Shown here one piece after another: positions 14,418-23,324 of a stretch of DNA of 29,173 nt. The notes under the pieces are model-generated. The model did not search any database, was not told the origin of the DNA, and saw only the letters and a list, made by a program, of their open reading frames with translations. This DNA comes from a virus. Taxonomy: Duplodnaviria > Caudoviricetes. The first letter of the stretch is position 1, and each line of letters opens with the position of its first letter. The position numbers were made by a program, and so were the translations under genes. The stretch lies in the IMG/VR virus record IMGVR_UViG_3300008954_000202, positions 1 through 29,173 of that record. The stretch is one strand, 5' to 3'.

Positions 14418-15773
14418 ATGGCCGCGATCAGCAACATCATCAACGTGACGGTCAACGTCACCAAGGCCGCGCCGAGCCGCGCCGCGTTCGGCATCCCGCT
14501 GATCGTGCCCCCGCTGCACACCACGTTCGCCGAGCGCGTGCGGTCCTACTCGAGCTTGTCGGGCCTGCTCGACGACGGTTTCGAGGTCTACGACGCAGCC
14601 TACATCTGGGCGGCCGCGTTGTTCAGCCAGAACCCTCGCCCCAGCAAGGTCAAGATCGGGCGCATCGACGCCGGCGACGCGGACCTGACCGAATCGCTGA
14701 ACGCGATCGAGGCCGCCGACAGCAAGTGGTACGCCCTGCTGATCCCCGACACGTTCAACGCCGCGGTCGCCACCGAGCGGGCCGCGGTCCTCGCTGGCGC
14801 TGCCTGGGCGCAGACCAAGCGCGTGCTGTACCTGGCCGAGTCCGGCGCGGCCAACATCATCGCGGCCGGCGACACGCTCGCCAGCGCGTTGAAGGCCGGC
14901 GGCTACAGCCGCACGTCGCTCTGGTATCACGCCGTGCAGCCCCAGGTGCTGACCCTAACGATGGATGCCGCCCTGGTGGCGCTCAACAGCATCGCTGGCA
15001 ACGTCAACGGCAACGCCCTGGCCCCCACCGTATTCGCGGCTGACAGCGACACCACCCTGGCGACTCTGGCGACGACGATCCAGGCCGAGGCCGCGGTCGA
15101 CACCGCCGTGGTGACGACCATCCCCGCGGCCGTGGACAACGACCGGGCGATCGTGATCACCGCGGCCGACCCCTGGACCGAGATCAAGCTCGACGGGTTC
15201 CTGACCACCCTGGGCGCGAGCCAGAACAGCTGGTCGGTGGTCGAGACAACCCCGGCCAGCAAGCCGCTGAGCGCATCGATCGCCGGCCGGTGCCTGAGCA
15301 AAGACCCCGGCAGCCTGACCTGGGCCAACCAGGCCAACCTGGCCGCCATCGAGGCCGACGACCTGAGCCAGACGCAGATCGACGTCCTCGAGCTGCAACG
15401 GGCTAACTACTACGCGCCGTTCACCGACGATCTCAAGTTCACCCGCCAGGGCACGACGGCCGACACCTACTACATCGACCAGCTGCGCGGCCTGGACGCC
15501 TTGATCACCGACCTGGAGGACGCGCTGCTGGCGCTGTTCGCCAACACCGACAAGGTGCCCAAGACCGACGACGGCAAGGAGATCGTCCGCAAGGAGCTGG
15601 TCAGCGTCCTGGTCCGCTTCAAGCGAGCCGGGTTCCTGACCGGCGACGTGGAGCAGGCGGTTGACATGAGCGCGAGCAGCTACGCGGCGCGAACCCTCAC
15701 CGGCATGGTGATCGACGTGGAAGGGGCGGGCGCTCTGCACGGCGTCAACCTGGTGATCAACTTCAAGGAGTAG
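14418..15773 (+). CDS. tail sheath protein (DUF3383-like)
   Basis: INV, FGIPLI, FSQNPRP.KVKIGR, WY, YSRT..YH, DPGSLTWA, YYIDQLRG.D motifs. Confidence 0.88.
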   Translation: MAAISNIINVTVNVTKAAPSRAAFGIPLIVPPLHTTFAERVRSYSSLSGLLDDGFEVYDAAYIWAAALFSQNPRPSKVKIGRIDAGDADLTESLNAIEAADSKWYALLIPDTFNAAVATERAAVLAGAAWAQTKRVLYLAESGAANIIAAGDTLASALKAGGYSRTSLWYHAVQPQVLTLTMDAALVALNSIAGNVNGNALAPTVFAADSDTTLATLATTIQAEAAVDTAVVTTIPAAVDNDRAIVITAADPWTEIKLDGFLTTLGASQNSWSVVETTPASKPLSASIAGRCLSKDPGSLTWANQANLAAIEADDLSQTQIDVLELQRANYYAPFTDDLKFTRQGTTADTYYIDQLRGLDALITDLEDALLALFANTDKVPKTDDGKEIVRKELVSVLVRFKRAGFLTGDVEQAVDMSASSYAARTLTGMVIDVEGAGALHGVNLVINFKE

Positions 15774-15805
15774 CGGGGCACGTTCAAGAACGCCACCTGC
15801 TGAGC

Positions 15806-15819
15806 GGAGACACCGATGG
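15806..15819 (+). promoter_or_regulatory. repeated translation-initiation element, copy 3 (core only)
   Basis: GGAGACACCGATGG before the tube gene. Confidence 0.7.
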
Positions 15820-16238
15820 CCTACCGACCAAATGCCGTGATCTGCACCTACGGCCCCTACATTTTCAAGGGGTTCGCGGACGGCGACTTCTTGACCACCG
15901 ACCAGGAAGGCGACACCGCCGACGTGATCAAGGGTGCCGGCGGCGAGTCCGCGATCATCATCCAGGACGCCGACCAGGTGGCGACGTGCGAGATTACGGT
16001 CTTTGCCGACAGCAAGGACAACCGGATCCTGACGCAGCTCTACAACGCCCAGCGTGCGCCTGGTGCCGGCGACTCGACGATCTTCCCCTTGATGGTGTTC
16101 GACCCCAACACCGCCGAGGAGGAGGTCTGGGAAAAGGCCGTGATCACGCGCCTGCCCACCCGCGGCCGCTCGATCGAGGGCGCACCGACCCGCGCCTGGA
16201 TGTTCAAGGGCGTGATGAAAGCTGTGCCGCTGCCGTAG
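15816..16238 (+). CDS. tail tube protein (DUF3277-like)
   Basis: 140 aa after the sheath; Y.P..V, GFADGDF, GAGGE, S..N..L, R.W.F motifs. Confidence 0.82.
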   Translation: MAYRPNAVICTYGPYIFKGFADGDFLTTDQEGDTADVIKGAGGESAIIIQDADQVATCEITVFADSKDNRILTQLYNAQRAPGAGDSTIFPLMVFDPNTAEEEVWEKAVITRLPTRGRSIEGAPTRAWMFKGVMKAVPLP

Positions 16239-16283
16239 TCCGCAGCCGCACCCCACCAACGAACACGGAAGGGAGCCACCAAC

Positions 16284-16757
16284 ATGATCAAGGACCGCGC
16301 ACCGAAAAGCGTGCGCATCGACTCGACCACCTACAAGGTCGGCTACCTGCCGGCCGACCAGGCGCTCGACGTGTTCCACCGCCTGGCCGAGCTGTTCCTG
16401 CCGGTTATGCGCGAGCTGGCCGGCCCAGGCATCGACGCCGACGCGCAGATGTTCGCCGCGCTCGAGCAGGGGTTCCTGCGCTACATGCGCGGCGGGCCGG
16501 ACACCGAGGCCGTGGTCCTGCCGCTGTTGTCGGTGGTCACGGCAGACGGCGTGACGCTCGACGACACCTGGGGCGCTCACTTCGCCGGCCGGCTGCTGAG
16601 CTTCTACCGCGTCCTCTGGGCCGTCATCGAACACAACTTCGCGGATTTCTTCGCCGGTCTGGACGACTTGAAGGTGATCGCGGCGGCAATGGCAGCCGCC
16701 GGATCGACGCCCAGGCCAAGCGACGACGCCGAGCAGCCTGGCAACTCGAGGGCATAG
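16284..16757 (+). CDS. tail assembly chaperone
   Basis: Between tube and tape measure; HFAGRL, NFADFF C-terminal motifs. Confidence 0.78.
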   Translation: MIKDRAPKSVRIDSTTYKVGYLPADQALDVFHRLAELFLPVMRELAGPGIDADAQMFAALEQGFLRYMRGGPDTEAVVLPLLSVVTADGVTLDDTWGAHFAGRLLSFYRVLWAVIEHNFADFFAGLDDLKVIAAAMAAAGSTPRPSDDAEQPGNSRA

Positions 16758-16891
16758 ACAATTGGTTCTGGCGGCCGGTCCTCTACAAGCTGGCCCCCGA
16801 CGTGGCGACGGTGCGCACGCGCTGGACCCTCACCGACCTGTTAGACGCTCACCTGTTGTGCGATGCTATGGACCGCGAGGACGCGCCCTGA
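16754..16891 (+). CDS. second tail chaperone segment (-1 frame relative to the upstream chaperone)
   Basis: IDNWFWRPV...WTLTDLLDAHLLCDA; no ATG before the conserved-looking part; start uncertain. Confidence 0.5.
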   Translation: MDNWFWRPVLYKLAPDVATVRTRWTLTDLLDAHLLCDAMDREDAP

Positions 16892-16970
16892 GCGCCCGCA
16901 AAGCTCCGCGAGGGGGCCGAGGTAGGGCCAAGGGCTGAAAGCCGCTGTCCGGCGACACAGCGGCTACCAG
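16892..16970 (+). ncRNA. candidate structured cis-regulatory RNA in the tape-measure leader
   Basis: Hairpins CTCC-GCGA-GGGG and AGCCGCTGT..ACAGCGGCT, alternative GGTAG/CTACC pairing, adjacent to the RBS. Confidence 0.3.
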
Positions 16971-16979
16971 GGGGCATAC

Positions 16980-18659
16980 ATGCCGACTATCCGCACCCTG
17001 CTGGTCAAGATCGGCTTCGTCACCAACTCCGCGCCGCTCGAGCGGGCGCACCGCAAGACCAACCGCTTCAAGAACGACGCCCAGGGCCTGGGCTCCGCGC
17101 TGCGCGGCGCAGCTGCGGCGATGGGCCTGTTCGCTGCTGGCCGCGTTGCCCTGGGGGCGGTCGACAAGCGCCTGGCGTTCGGCGAGCAGCTGGGGCTCTT
17201 GCAGACGTTCCTGGGCGGCAACATCAGCCGCACAAAGGAGTTGGAGTCCTCGATCCGCGACCTGGCGACCGCCACCGGCAAGCCTCTGGGGGACGTGACC
17301 CGCGGCATGGCCGAGGTGGTGTCAGCGTTCGGCGACGGCGAGCAGACGGTCGAGCGCACCCGCGTGGCCCTGGACGCCGCCCGCGCTGGCTTCACCGACA
17401 CACTCAGCGCCGTGAAGCTGCTGTCGGCCGTGACCAAGGGCTACGGCGACACCAGCGCCGCGGCCATGACCAAGGTGTCCGACCTGAGCTTCCAGGTGGT
17501 CAAGGACGGCCAGACGACGTTCCCCGAGCTGGCCGGCGCGATCGGCCGCGTCGTCCCCGTCGCCAACGCCGCCGGCGTCAAGATCGAGGAGTTGATGGCC
17601 GTGTTCGCTACCGGCACGGGCGTGATCGGTGACGCGGCCGCGGTCGGGACAGCTGCGCGGGCCGCTCTGGTCCAGATGCTCAACCCCACCGACGACATGG
17701 CGAAGGCGCTGCGCAAGTTCCGCAAGGAGGGCATCAAGAGCGGCAGCGAGCTGATCAAGCGCAAGGGCATGGTCGGGGCCATGCGGGCGCTGGTCGCGAC
17801 AACGGACGGATCGGCCGAGTCGATCAACAAGCTGTTCAAGAACGTGCGCGGCCAGGGTCTGGTCTTGGCGCTGACCGGCGGCCAGGCGGCGGCGTTCGAT
17901 CGCAAGCTGGGCAATGCTGGCAGGACCGCTGGCAACACGGCCAAGGCCGTGGCCGCAGCGACCGGCGGCTTCAACTCGCATGGGGCGGCGCTCAAGCGGG
18001 CCGAGGTGCGGGCCGAGAAGCTACAGGTCCGGCTGGGCAGCCAGCTGCTGCCCGGCCTGGTCGCGTTGAAGATCAAGGCGCTCGAGGCCGCAGAGGTGAT
18101 CGCCGACGACCTGGGGCTGGCGTTCGGCGACGTGCAGAAAGGCGCAGAGGACAGCCTGAATCCGTTCCGCGAGTTCGCCAAGCTGATCAGCTTCGTGGTC
18201 AAGGGCCTGGGGCTGACCCTGGGCACGGTCAAGGACCTGCTCACGTTCAGCACCCGTGGCCTGGCTGCTGGCGCGGCCGCGCTGACCCTGGACGAGAAGG
18301 ACCGCAAGCGGTTGATGCGGCAGTTCCGAGCCCAGAACCTGCCCTTGTTGCAGGGCATGGGGCAGCGGTTCAAGGACGTGGGCCAGTCAGTGATCGACCC
18401 CGAAGGCTTGCGGCAGCGTCGCCGGTTGGCTGAGCTGGGCCGCTCTGCCCGCGCCGAGCTGGCAGAGGGCACGCCCGGCCAGCGCCTCGAGGTGCGGATC
18501 GACCGGATCGTGGCGCAGATACCAGAGGGCGTCAGCGCCGAGGCCCAGGGCCGGATCATCGCCAACGAGCTGGAAAAGGTGCTGAGCCGGACCAAGCGCG
18601 ATATGGCCCGGTCTGCGCGCCGCGGCATCCCGCGGCCGGCGCAGTTGGGGGCAGAGTAG
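16980..18659 (+). CDS. tail tape measure protein (TP901-like core)
   Basis: IRTLLVKIGF N-term; GQTTFPELA..IGRV.P.A..AGV..EEL motif; Ala/Gly-rich helical composition. Confidence 0.9.
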   Translation: MPTIRTLLVKIGFVTNSAPLERAHRKTNRFKNDAQGLGSALRGAAAAMGLFAAGRVALGAVDKRLAFGEQLGLLQTFLGGNISRTKELESSIRDLATATGKPLGDVTRGMAEVVSAFGDGEQTVERTRVALDAARAGFTDTLSAVKLLSAVTKGYGDTSAAAMTKVSDLSFQVVKDGQTTFPELAGAIGRVVPVANAAGVKIEELMAVFATGTGVIGDAAAVGTAARAALVQMLNPTDDMAKALRKFRKEGIKSGSELIKRKGMVGAMRALVATTDGSAESINKLFKNVRGQGLVLALTGGQAAAFDRKLGNAGRTAGNTAKAVAAATGGFNSHGAALKRAEVRAEKLQVRLGSQLLPGLVALKIKALEAAEVIADDLGLAFGDVQKGAEDSLNPFREFAKLISFVVKGLGLTLGTVKDLLTFSTRGLAAGAAALTLDEKDRKRLMRQFRAQNLPLLQGMGQRFKDVGQSVIDPEGLRQRRRLAELGRSARAELAEGTPGQRLEVRIDRIVAQIPEGVSAEAQGRIIANELEKVLSRTKRDMARSARRGIPRPAQLGAE

Positions 18660-19244
18660 ATGGCCGACCGATTCGACATCATCACGCCCAGCGGCGAACG
18701 CATCACGCCCGACGTGGCGACCCGCGTGGGGCACAGCCTGGCGGCCGAGCTTACCGAGTTCCCGGTCGAGGACGGCCTGCCGGTCAACGACGCCCTACGC
18801 CGCGCGCCGCGGACGCTGCCTGTTGACCTGGTGTTCAGCGCCTACCGCACCGACCGCGACAACGGCGCGACGGTCCCCGACCCCGGCCACCCGCAGAGCG
18901 TGTTCGAGCGGTTCCTGAGCCTGCACAAACGCGGCGAGGCCTGCACCATCGTGACCAGGCGCGAGGTGTTGCAGAACATGGTCCTGATCCAGTTTGACGC
19001 CGACGACGACGCCGACACCACGCAAGTGCTGCGCTGCCGCGTGACGTTCAAGGAGTTGCGGATCGCCAGCTCGCGGCTGATCCAGATCCCGCCCAAGCGC
19101 CGCAGCGTCGCTCAGCGGCACCGCTCGAGGCGCAGGGGGGCGGGCGCGGTCGAGGCCAAGAAACCCGCCGAGGCCGCCCGCAAAAAGAAGCTGAAAGCCG
19201 CGGTCCTGGCGGAAGCGAGACGACGGCTGGGGATCAAGAGCTGA
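18660..19244 (+). CDS. baseplate/tube-initiator (Dit-like) protein
   Basis: H..ELTEFPVEDG..VND, NMVL, FKELRI motifs; follows the tape measure. Confidence 0.72.
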   Translation: MADRFDIITPSGERITPDVATRVGHSLAAELTEFPVEDGLPVNDALRRAPRTLPVDLVFSAYRTDRDNGATVPDPGHPQSVFERFLSLHKRGEACTIVTRREVLQNMVLIQFDADDDADTTQVLRCRVTFKELRIASSRLIQIPPKRRSVAQRHRSRRRGAGAVEAKKPAEAARKKKLKAAVLAEARRRLGIKS

Positions 19245-19603
19245 TGGCCTACTTCACGATCCATCTGATCCCAGGTGCGGACGCTGAGCCGTTCGACCAG
19301 GTGATCGCGCTCGAGGGCAGTAAGTACCTGTTCCGGTTCCGCTGGGCCGAGCGTGCCAGCGCCTGGCTGCTGGACGTGCGCGACGACCAGGACGTCGAGT
19401 TGGTCGCCGGCGTGGCGCTGCGCAACATGACCGACCTGTTGCGGCCGTTCAACAACCCCAGCCTGCCCCCCGGCCAGCTGTCGGTCGTGGACGTGGACGG
19501 CACGGGCGTGGACGCTGGCAAGGCCGATCTGGGCGGCCGCGTGCAGCTGTTCTATGCCGACAGCGACACGGTGGCCGAGGTGGAGGCCGAGCTGGCGGCA
19601 TGA
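19244..19603 (+). CDS. small baseplate (plug-like) protein
   Basis: LEG..Y.FRFRW..R..AW.LD, DLG..VQLFY motifs; synteny. Confidence 0.7.
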   Translation: MAYFTIHLIPGADAEPFDQVIALEGSKYLFRFRWAERASAWLLDVRDDQDVELVAGVALRNMTDLLRPFNNPSLPPGQLSVVDVDGTGVDAGKADLGGRVQLFYADSDTVAEVEAELAA

Positions 19604-20469
19604 AACACCACGACACCAGCGTCGATCCGCGCTTCTACGGCGAGCAGTTCGGCCGCCGCGTGCGTCTGGCCGTGGGCGACCGCAGTCTGGGCGACACGCA
19701 AGGGACCGAGCTTGAAGGGTTCCGCGTGGCATTTGAGGTTGAGAAGGTGCGGACCAGCAAGCCAAACAACGCCAAGGTGCAGGTGTTCGGTGTCAGCGAT
19801 GCCACGGCCAAGCGTGTGTTCGCCGAGGGCGTCAAGGCTCGCCTGTCGGCTGGCTACCCGCACAACGAGGCCCTGATCTTCTTTGGCGAGATTGTCAGCT
19901 CGAGCCGCTACCACGACGGCCCAACGCCGGTCCTCGAGTTGGAGTTGCAGGACAGCGCCGCGGCGATCAAGGAGTCGATCAGCCAGGCGTGGACGCGAGG
20001 GACGCCGTTTTCCGTCATCGTGCAGGGCATCGCCAAGGCGATGGGCCTGGACGTGACGCCATCGACGCTCGCCAAGATCACCGGCGGCACCCGGTACGGA
20101 TACGCCGCGCACGGCCTGGCATTCCGCGACCTGGACCTGATAGCCCGATCGCTGGGCGTGTCCTGGACGGTCGAATCCGGCGAGCTGGTGGTGCTGCAAC
20201 CGGCCAAGGCCAACAACCGCCTGGCCGTCGTCGCAAGCAGCGACACGGGCCTGGTGGGCACGGTGTCCCCGCTCGAGCCGACGAAGCGCCGCAAGCTGCG
20301 CCGCGTCGAGTTCCAGATGCTGCTCAACCAGCGACTGTACGCCGGCCGCCTGGTGGACTTGCGCAGCGAGCGCGTCACAGGTCTGTTCCGCATCGACCGC
20401 GCCGTCCATTCCGGCGACACGCACGGCGGCGAATTCACGACCACCTGCGAAGGGACCGAAACGGAATGA
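19600..20469 (+). CDS. baseplate hub protein
   Basis: F.VEK..PNNAKVQV, LSAGY, IFFGEI, TGLVG, HSGDTHG motifs. Confidence 0.78.
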   Translation: MKHHDTSVDPRFYGEQFGRRVRLAVGDRSLGDTQGTELEGFRVAFEVEKVRTSKPNNAKVQVFGVSDATAKRVFAEGVKARLSAGYPHNEALIFFGEIVSSSRYHDGPTPVLELELQDSAAAIKESISQAWTRGTPFSVIVQGIAKAMGLDVTPSTLAKITGGTRYGYAAHGLAFRDLDLIARSLGVSWTVESGELVVLQPAKANNRLAVVASSDTGLVGTVSPLEPTKRRKLRRVEFQMLLNQRLYAGRLVDLRSERVTGLFRIDRAVHSGDTHGGEFTTTCEGTETE

Positions 20470-21113
20470 GCGACGACCGCGCCACCGAGTTGAGCGAAGA
20501 AATCGATCGGGCGATCACCGATCGGCTGTACGGCGGCGTCTTCACCGGCCTGCCCGGCCGCGTCCTGGCGTTTGACACGGCCGAGCAGACCGCGACGGTG
20601 CAGCCCGAGCCGGTCAGCTACCAGGGCCAGGCGGTCGGGAGCTTCCCCGCGCTGCATGACGTGCCGGTCATGTTCCCCCAGGGCGGCGGGTTCCGCATGA
20701 CCTGGCCGATCAAGGCCGGCGATCGGTGCTGGCTGGCGTTCGCCTGTAGGTCGCTGGACGCCTGGAAAGCAGGCGACGAGGCCCAACCCGGCGGGCTGCG
20801 CTCGCACGCGCTCAGCGACGCCGTGGCGGTCCCTTGTGGCCCCCGCAAGATCAGCGATCCGCTGGCGAGCTTCAACGCGGCCGACGTCGAGCTGATCGAG
20901 CCGACCGGCGGCCAGGTGGTCCTGGGCAGCGGGCCGCGCCTGGCGGTCGCACGCGACGGCGACGAGGCCGACATGACCGGCGGGCCAGGCCTGACCTGGG
21001 CTGCCTGGGCCACGCTGGTGAACACCGCCCTGACCGCGCTGGGGGCGCCTGTCAGCGTGCCCAGCGGCAACCCGCCGATCGCGGCGACCAGCACCAAGGT
21101 GGAGGCGGGGTAG
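20466..21113 (+). CDS. baseplate central spike (Gp138-like N-terminal OB fold)
   Basis: LPGRV..FD, VQP, DVPV.FP.GGGF.MTWPI..GD, RSHALSDA; start reassigned to ATG 20466. Confidence 0.8.
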   Translation: MSDDRATELSEEIDRAITDRLYGGVFTGLPGRVLAFDTAEQTATVQPEPVSYQGQAVGSFPALHDVPVMFPQGGGFRMTWPIKAGDRCWLAFACRSLDAWKAGDEAQPGGLRSHALSDAVAVPCGPRKISDPLASFNAADVELIEPTGGQVVLGSGPRLAVARDGDEADMTGGPGLTWAAWATLVNTALTALGAPVSVPSGNPPIAATSTKVEAG

Positions 21114-21491
21114 ATGGCCGACCAGTTCCGAGACTTCAAGATCGACGCCATCACCGGCGACCTGGTGTTCAACGCCGACAACAACTCGCCGGCGAGCGTC
21201 GGCGGCCTGGCGTCGATTGCTCAAGAGGTGGCGATCCTGCTGCGCACGCTCAAGGGCGAGTGGTTCGCGGATCTCGACGAGGGTGTGCCGTACATCCCTG
21301 ACCTGATCCAGAGCAAGCCCACGGACGACCAGGTGATCAGCATCCTGCGCCCCTTGATCCTGAGCGTTCCAGGCGTGACAGGGATCGTCAGTCTGGTTAT
21401 CGTGCGCAGCGGTCGCACGGCCACGATCACGGGCGAGCTGGAAACCGACACCGCCGAGCTGGCCGAGCTGGCGGCCGAGATCGAGGTGTAG
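21114..21491 (+). CDS. baseplate wedge/sheath initiator (gp25/W-like)
   Basis: TGDL, GEWFAD..GVPY, I.SVPGV motifs. Confidence 0.75.
   Translation: MADQFRDFKIDAITGDLVFNADNNSPASVGGLASIAQEVAILLRTLKGEWFADLDEGVPYIPDLIQSKPTDDQVISILRPLILSVPGVTGIVSLVIVRSGRTATITGELETDTAELAELAAEIEV
21375..21403 (+). promoter_or_regulatory. putative internal promoter for wedge/fibre genes
   Basis: GTGACA-N17-TATCGT in a rare-codon patch. Confidence 0.25.
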
Positions 21492-21494
21492 CCC

Positions 21495-22667
21495 ATGCCG
21501 TTCCAGCTGACCGCCACCGGCCTTACGATCGAGACACTCGACGAGATCGAGGCACGGCTCCGCGCCAACGCTAAGAGCTTGTTCGGGGCCACCGCCAACG
21601 TCACCGGATCGAGCCTGCTGGCAAAGCTGATCGGCATGTTGGCGGCGAGCGAGGCCGACGTGCAGGAGTTGATCCTGGCCGTCTACAATGGCAGCTATCC
21701 CAACACGGCCGCCGGCGTCGCGCTGCGCCAGCTGGTGCAGATCGGCGGCATCACCGCCAAGGACGCCACCAAGTCCACCGCGAGCGTGACGATCACCGCC
21801 ACCGGGCCAGGCACGGTTCCCCAGGGGGCGATCATCGTGCTGCAACCGACCGGCGAGCGGTTCGGCACCCTGGCGGCCGTGGTGTTCGCTGGGCCTGGTG
21901 CCCAGGCCGTCAACGTGCAGGCCGTTCTGGCCGGTGCCACCGAGGTGCCGATCGGTAGCCTGACCAAGTTTGAAGACGGGGCGCTCGACGCCGCCTACGC
22001 CGTCACCAACGCCGCGGCGGGCGTGAGCGGCACCGATGCCGAGGACGACACCGCGCTGCGGAACCGCTACTTCGCCAGCTACCACCTGCCCGGCACGTCG
22101 GCCGGCGACGCGCTGCTCGCCGAGTTGCTCGAGGTGGACGGCGTGACCGAGGCGATCGTCTACGAGAACGACACCAACCTGGTGGTGGCAGCTCGCGAGA
22201 ATCAGCCGCCCCATTCGGTGTTCTGTATCCTGATCGGCGGCACCGACAACGACATCGCCCAGGAAATCTGGGCCAGCAAGGCGCTGGGGATCGAGGCCTA
22301 CGGCGGCACCACGCCGACCACCGGCACCGCCACCAAGGCGGACGGATCCACCCTGTCGGTGGCGTTCGACCGGCCGACGCTGACACCGATCCACGTCGAG
22401 CTGACCTTCACCGGCGCGACCGGCGACGCGGCGACGGTCAAGGCCGCGATCGAGGCCTACGGCGACGCGCTCAAGATCGGCGGCGACGTGCTGGAGTTGG
22501 CCGTGTTGTGCGCGGCAATGGACGCCCTGGACAGCAAGATCGACGGCTTCACCATCACCGCCAAGATCGACAACGTGGGGCCGCCGGTGGCGACCGGCAA
22601 CTACGCGATCGGCTTCAACGAGAAGGCGACGATCGCGGCTGCTGACGTTGACGTGCTGGGGCTGTAG
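21495..22667 (+). CDS. baseplate J-like wedge protein
   Basis: P.TA.G..L, G.DAEDDTALR.R, V.GV....VYENDT, PPHS, K..GI..YG, FDRP motifs. Confidence 0.88.
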   Translation: MPFQLTATGLTIETLDEIEARLRANAKSLFGATANVTGSSLLAKLIGMLAASEADVQELILAVYNGSYPNTAAGVALRQLVQIGGITAKDATKSTASVTITATGPGTVPQGAIIVLQPTGERFGTLAAVVFAGPGAQAVNVQAVLAGATEVPIGSLTKFEDGALDAAYAVTNAAAGVSGTDAEDDTALRNRYFASYHLPGTSAGDALLAELLEVDGVTEAIVYENDTNLVVAARENQPPHSVFCILIGGTDNDIAQEIWASKALGIEAYGGTTPTTGTATKADGSTLSVAFDRPTLTPIHVELTFTGATGDAATVKAAIEAYGDALKIGGDVLELAVLCAAMDALDSKIDGFTITAKIDNVGPPVATGNYAIGFNEKATIAAADVDVLGL

Positions 22668-23309
22668 ATGGCGACGCCGACACCAGACCCCGCGACCGTT
22701 GACCACCTGGGGCAAGCCCGCGGGCGGCTGCTCAGCCAATGGAAGGGCAAGGCGTCGATCGATCTGGTGGTGCAGCTGCTGTTCGGCGACGACGGCGCAG
22801 CGCTGACGGGCGGCTGGCGCGACACCGAGGCGACGATCGCCAGCCTGCTGGCCGGCCGACGGCTGGACACAGCCGCCGGCGTGCAGCTCGACGGGATCGG
22901 CACGATGGTGGGCCAGACCCGCCTGGGCGGCGAGTCCGACGCCGACTACCTGGTCAAGCTCCGCGCCGCGGTGCTGCGCAACAAGAGCGCCGGCACCGAG
23001 GCCGACCTGGCCGACATGATCCTGGCGCTGCTGACCGGCAAGGCCACGGCCGTGGTGGGCTTTGACTGCCCGCCGGCGGCCTTCAAGCTGCTGGTCATGG
23101 TGTCGGCTGCGCTGACCACCGCCGAGCAGACCGCCCTGGTGGAGTTCGTGCAGGCCGCCAAGGCCGCCGGCGTTGGTATCTGCGGCCTGGCGGTCGCGAC
23201 GGCCCCGACCTTCCATTGGGACGGCGGCGCACCTGACCCGCCGTTCAAGGGCTTTGACGACGGCACCACGACGGTGGGCGGATATTGGGCGCTCTACCTG
23301 CTGCCCTGA
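22668..23309 (+). CDS. baseplate wedge protein (DUF2612/gpI-like)
   Basis: LDTAAGVQLDGIG..VG..R, D..Y...L, KAAGV motifs. Confidence 0.75.
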   Translation: MATPTPDPATVDHLGQARGRLLSQWKGKASIDLVVQLLFGDDGAALTGGWRDTEATIASLLAGRRLDTAAGVQLDGIGTMVGQTRLGGESDADYLVKLRAAVLRNKSAGTEADLADMILALLTGKATAVVGFDCPPAAFKLLVMVSAALTTAEQTALVEFVQAAKAAGVGICGLAVATAPTFHWDGGAPDPPFKGFDDGTTTVGGYWALYLLP

Positions 23310-23324
23310 CCAGAGGACGACGAC

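Noticed and set aside
16892-16970. tRNA or hammerhead ribozyme
   Set aside because: No TTC T-loop or cloverleaf and no CUGAnGA core; kept only as a generic structured-RNA candidate
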